Shown piece by piece: positions 58,818-64,000 of a stretch of DNA of 64,000 bases (within the stretch, counting starts at the first letter, position 1; each line of letters opens with the position of its first letter). The stretch lies in assembly GCF_001194135.2 (NCBI RefSeq), contig NC_068983.1, positions 122,651,257-122,715,256 of the forward strand, in the 5' to 3' direction. The stretch comes from Octopus bimaculoides (taxonomy: Eukaryota). The translations under genes were made by a program, and so were the position numbers. Under the pieces are notes generated by a model. The model had not been told where the DNA came from. It was given only the letters and a program-made list of their open reading frames with translations, and did not search any database.

Positions 58818-60507
58818 TAAAGTGTTCTGTTTCAAATAGATTGTTTAGAATTATATTTTGCTGACATAGTTTTCTTACATCATCGTCATTTTAATATCTA
58901 CATATCCATGCTTGCATGGTCAGACAAGATTCATTGAGACAGATTTCTATAATTGGATGTTCTTATCTCCAACCCTCACCTGTTTTCAAATAAGCTAATA
59001 TTTCCCCCCAGTTTGGACATGTTTTCTCAGGAGATTGCAAACAAACAATACCACATGTATAGTGGTGATGTTTACTGACAATTATAACACAATGTCAAGA
59101 CGTGGAGACAGATCACATATACACATCCATGAAAATACATAAATACGCATGCACACATAAAAAATATGTAATCATACACAGACACACAGGCACATACACA
59201 GACAGATAGACAGACACACACATACACACACACAAGATCAGAACAAAACTGGAGACTTGGTTGTAACAAAGATTCTTTTATCACACTTGTGAAACATGAG
59301 TAAAGATTAAGTAATTTATGATGTAATAATAAAGAAGTTTAGTTACGACTGAATCTTCTGTTTTATTCTGATTTTGGATATACATGTCTATTCAAATGTA
59401 TATAATAATACTGAACAAGAACCAGAGAACAAACGATATTTAAACCTGATTGAAAGTAGGATGTATATGGATGTAAATAGAATTGTAAGCAAAGGTTAAC
59501 TGTTATGCTATCTCATTTGAATTAGCAACTTTTCAATACATACATATACAAATGTATATGTGTGTGTATGTGTAGTTGTGTGTGTATGTACACACACACA
59601 CAGAGACACACTCATAACAGTCTTCTTTTCAGTTTCCGCATACTAAATTCACTTGCAAGGCTATGGTTGGTAGGCTCAAGGCTAGAATAGAAAACACTTG
59701 TACAGAGTGGCACATAGTGGAACTGAACCTGAAGCCACATGTCTGAATATAGTTATTAACCATAAAGCCATGTCTGAACATAGTTATTGAAATTTTTTTT
59801 ATCATAGAAATGGCATAGCAAAATGGGATATGATACATATTTTGGGGTTTCCTCTTTCTGATTACCATATCACAAATATTCTTTTTTCTATACATTTCAC
59901 TAGTAGTCTTGAAATACTGCAAAAACTAGATTAGGTAGTATGTATAAGTCAAAATATATTTTAATCTTATAAATTCATTTTTTGTCTATGATATTAAAAT
60001 AGGAACACACAGAAAAAGCTTAATGTTAATGATATTGAATATAATAGTCAGTAACATGTGTTAAAAAAGTGTGAAAGGGTCTAAAATATTCAATATACAT
60101 AATCACATTTTTCTGGAATATGAATTCTTAAAACAACATAAGTATAACAACAGCCTTTCATTCATACACTTTCCTCTTCTTTCTCACCACCACCACCACA
60201 ATACCATTATGAAAATGACAACAACTATGACAACAATGATGACAACAAGCACTTCCACTATCACCCAAGTTGCTACCATCACCAAACCAGAAAGAACTGT
60301 TAAAAGTGTAATTATGTCATGTGACTGTCTGAACCATATTTAAAATTTTACCTACCTTCAACAGTATCCATATGCAATGTACTAATATACAGAAAGTTCT
60401 TTGTTATCTAGATATCACCGAATGCTGTTGTGTATGTGAAAGTAGTTTAATGTTGAAGTTGACAGACATGACACTTATGCTTATGACGAGTTACTATTTA
60501 TATATTA

Positions 60508-61264
60508 CTGTATATACTCAACTATAAAACACCCTTGTCTATAAGACACACCCTCGACTTACAAGTTTCAAATTGAGAATTTTATCATTTACCCGACTAT
60601 AAGTTGCAGTGACTTTTTTTATGCTGGAGAGCAAAGTTAGATTGGAGAGCCTGCAATTTGATGATGTTTATTGTGACAGCAAGTCCATTTGTGCATAGTT
60701 TAGTCACCCAGTCTCTCAAAATAGTCTCTATCTCCTCATTGGGACTCATTCCTATCCTAATTTTCTTTAATGATATGATGTCAATAGATTTCATTTTCTC
60801 CTCTTTTCAATACCAATCCCTGAGACCCAAATTCTCTTTCTGCAGTTCGATTCAAATGCGACTTTGCATATTCAACAACTTTCAGCTTGAAAGTGATACC
60901 ATATGAATTCCTCTATCTTTTCATGTTAACAAATAACATGGCATCGAATTAAAGAAAGACAGGTACAGTACAAAAACGAACAAGCATTAAACCCACTTTT
61001 TAAATATTAATTGTTTATTTCATACCAACAGAAGTAAAGAAATATATAAAGAAATATCTAAAGATTGTCTTTCATGTACTCCTTGGCTTTGGAATTAGTG
61101 ATTTGGGTTTTTTCAGTTATTCCAAGTGTTGGAACTTCAGACGTGGCTTGTACCTAGAAAATTTCTGAAGATTTTTTTATAGGACGTGCTTATAAGTCAC
61201 ACCTCCAACTTTAGGTGAAAATAGCAGGGGAAAAAAAGTGTAACTTATAGCCAAGTACATATGG
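60508..61264 (-). mobile_element. Deleted pogo/Tigger-like DNA transposon
   Basis: TA TSDs and imperfect TIRs (ctgtatatactcaactataa / ttatagccaagtacatatgg). Minus-strand CENP-B-type HTH remnant EEIETILRDWVTKLCTNGLAVTINIIKLQAL. Confidence 0.75.
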
Positions 61265-61996
61265 TAGTTCATCTTGCCTTTGTATTCAAAGTTTCAAAAT
61301 TTATAGAAGTTATACATTATTTTATAATACTATTTCCCTTTGGTTAGTTCTATGCAAAACTGGCCTTAAGCCAATTGGACTGATTGCTCCCAATCAGGCC
61401 TCATGCCCAAGGGGGCCCTGTTCTCAAGGAGGCCACATCCTATACTGTGACATTTCATGAAGGTGGTCTCCCTGAAGTTTAAAAAAATCTATATAAAAAT
61501 GCTCTTTAAAAAAAAGAAAACACTTTCTACACTTTAGTAACACAAGATACCAAAAGATAAATGCATTCATCCAAAATTGCTTGGGTCAGCCTTTCTTATA
61601 TTTTTAGTGTAAAGTCAGTTGTATGTATGCATATGTGAATGTCAGGTATGTAGTCACGGCAGGGCTATAGCATGCTTAGCCCCACCTCCCCAGTTAGAAT
61701 TTCAGCCCCACCAGTTTGAGAATTTGTGTTATTAACTCTTGGAAGAATGCAGAATATACAAAACACCTCAGCCTGTATTGTTCATAGACAGTTGAAAACA
61801 ATACTTTTAACAAAAAAGAAAAAATTATTCATGTCCTTTCTGTGAACACTTTTATCAAATTTTAGACAATTTAAGACAACAGTTTGCTTTCATTATCTTC
61901 ATAAGATCTGAGGTCGCTAAAGAGGCAATAGATCATTTCCTTTGATTTAGGGGTATGTGAAAACATGTGGGTAATTACAAATGAATGCATGTGTGT

Positions 61997-62229
61997 TATT
62001 TCTTTACTACCCATAAGGGGCTACACACAGAGGGGACAAACAAGGACAGACAAACGGATTAAGTCGATTATATCGACCCCAGTGCGTAACTGGTACTTAT
62101 TTAATTGACCCTGAAAGGATGAAAGGCAAAGTCGACCTCGGCGGAATTTGAACTCAGAACGTAGCGGCAGACGAAATACCGCTAAGCATTTCGCCTGGTG
62201 TGCTAACGTTTCTGCCAGCTCACTGCCTT
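61997..62229 (-). mobile_element. Family B SINE with 18-bp TSD
   Basis: TSD aaatgaatgcatgtgtgt at 61979 and 62230. Confidence 0.88.
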
Positions 62230-62589
62230 AAATGAATGCATGTGTGTGCATGTGTGTGTGTGCGCATGCTCGTATGTACTATAGAACTGGTCAGTACTGA
62301 AAACAATGCCATCTTAATTCCCTTTGGAGAAAGAAACTGGAGAAAATTTATGTGTGTCAGTGTGTCTCTGTGCAAAGTTTCTAGGAGAGGTTTAATTTGA
62401 GACTCATTCTTGTTGGTGTTTGTGTTTCATAAATCCTAGAACTACATCAGCAAATGATTTGATGCTGTCATGGATATTGTGCCACAACACTTCAGGCATT
62501 CCTCTATTTCTGCAAGCTTTGAATTTAAATGTATTTAAAAATTTTTTGTCGTTTCTAGATTTTTTAAAGAAGTAACGTTTATTCTCAGT

Positions 62590-63235
62590 TGTAAACTGGA
62601 TTTCAGTGGCCTCTTTCCATATGGTTTAACAAAACCATATGAAAACTTTGCAAAAGAGACACAAGACATAGATCTCAGACAAAAACTCACCAATGTCCAG
62701 ATTCCTATACATCTCCTCCAGAAAACTATGCAGAAAACTGCATGAGATGAAAAATTTGGTAAACAAAAAAAAGCCCAAGAATTGAAACAGGCTGCTAACG
62801 TTTACAACTTGAGAACACTGTATAACATTCTGAAAAATGTGTCTGGCACCCAAAAAGGTAGTACAGAATCTATTCTCTCTAATGATAGAACAAAACCCTT
62901 AAGTAGGAAAGATGAAATTCTGAAAAGATGGGCTGAACACTTTAAATCTGTATAAATCATGAATCCACTATGATGCTGATGTAATCAACAAACTCCCCAG
63001 TGATCTATAATTGAAGAACTAGTGGAACGTCTTTTCTTGGAAGAGATAAGAACTGCTATCAAAAAACTTTCCAATAGTAAAGCTCTTGGACAAGACAATA
63101 TTCCCACAGAGGTGTACAAGCATGGTAGCAGACAACTTGTAAGTAAGCTATGCAATTGAGCAGTTCAAAGATGCATCTACAATGCACTTGTACAAAAACA
63201 AAGGGAAGAAGAGTGTATGTGATAATCCCCTTATC
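62590..63235 (+). mobile_element. RTE/BovB-like LINE ORF2 fragment
   Basis: Frameshifted KDEILKRWAEHF, AIKKLSNSKALGQDNIPTEVYKHG and FKDASTMHLYKNKGKKSVCDN. Confidence 0.75.
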
Positions 63236-64000
63236 CAATAGAAGAATAAAGATAATCAAAAAGAATGGAGAAATGTGTTATTATTGGCAAGCTGTTCAAG
63301 TGTAATTTATTTTATTGATACCTGTTGGATTAAAGGTAAAACTGACTTTTGTGGGATTTGAACTCAGAATACAGAGGGACATAACTAAATAAAACAAAGC
63401 ATTTAGTCTAATACTGTAATTTGGGCAGAATTTTTGGAACAACAGTCCTTCGAAGTTCCATACATCATGGAAAAGGAAAAGTGAGGTGGGCAGGTTTCCT
63501 TCATTTTGTTTTTAATCTCTTTTTGTTTCATACAATGGAAAATTTCCTCAAATGTTGTGTCTTTCACATCCCACCCCTCACCTCTGTGCCCTTTTTACCT
63601 TCCGTATCATTTAGGAAATATCTATTCTGATTCATTCTGCCAGCTTCAGTTCCACAGAGTTTATTATTTCTACCTCAGCTGGACCCAAACTTACCAATTA
63701 CATGACTTGCCCACTACATGTACAGTTTTACCTCTACATCTCAGACAGGAGGTGGGGAGGGGGGGGGCACACGACCAGGTGATTAATTTGTTCACATCAT
63801 AATTCTGACATGTTAGTGTTGAGTTCAATCCAACTCCATCACACCTTGAGCAAGAATCTTTTAGCCTAGTTTTGGCTTGATTTTTTTTGTTTTGTTTTTT
63901 GTTTTATCTTCTACCCGTGTTGGGTCTGAAAGAAGGGACAGTGCCTATGCCCTTCACAGACCATCTAGATGAGTGAGGTTAATGATTAATGCCATTGATG

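Overview
AT-rich eukaryotic scaffold with N-gaps. It is probably a coleoid cephalopod such as Octopus, inferred from the SINE and RTE repertoire and not proven. One host gene is firmly recognisable: the first five coding exons of exosome subunit EXOSC6/MTR3 on the minus strand (10817 to 474, running off the window start). Two further spliced genes are only candidates: a plus-strand micro-exon gene head-to-head with EXOSC6 (11303 to about 46027) and a small secreted-peptide gene on the minus strand (54246 to 48886). The rest is mostly transposon debris: Gypsy, RTE, an RLE-type LINE, Penelope-like, mariner, pogo, piggyBac, Helitron, MITEs and several tRNA-derived SINE families. The most interesting signals are RNA-level. 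Three unrelated type I hammerhead ribozyme families can be folded by hand (14381-14468, 26398-26450 with its mirror 30718-30770, and 35758-35846). One sits in a roughly 400-bp tandem and inverted repeat with retrozyme or Penelope pLTR architecture. Another sits between units of a roughly 10-kb quasi-palindromic array of ORF1-only L1/Tx1-like elements (RRM-like region plus CCHC knuckle). The 3' end of those elements is also the 3' tail of an abundant local SINE. All calls were made by eye without database searches.
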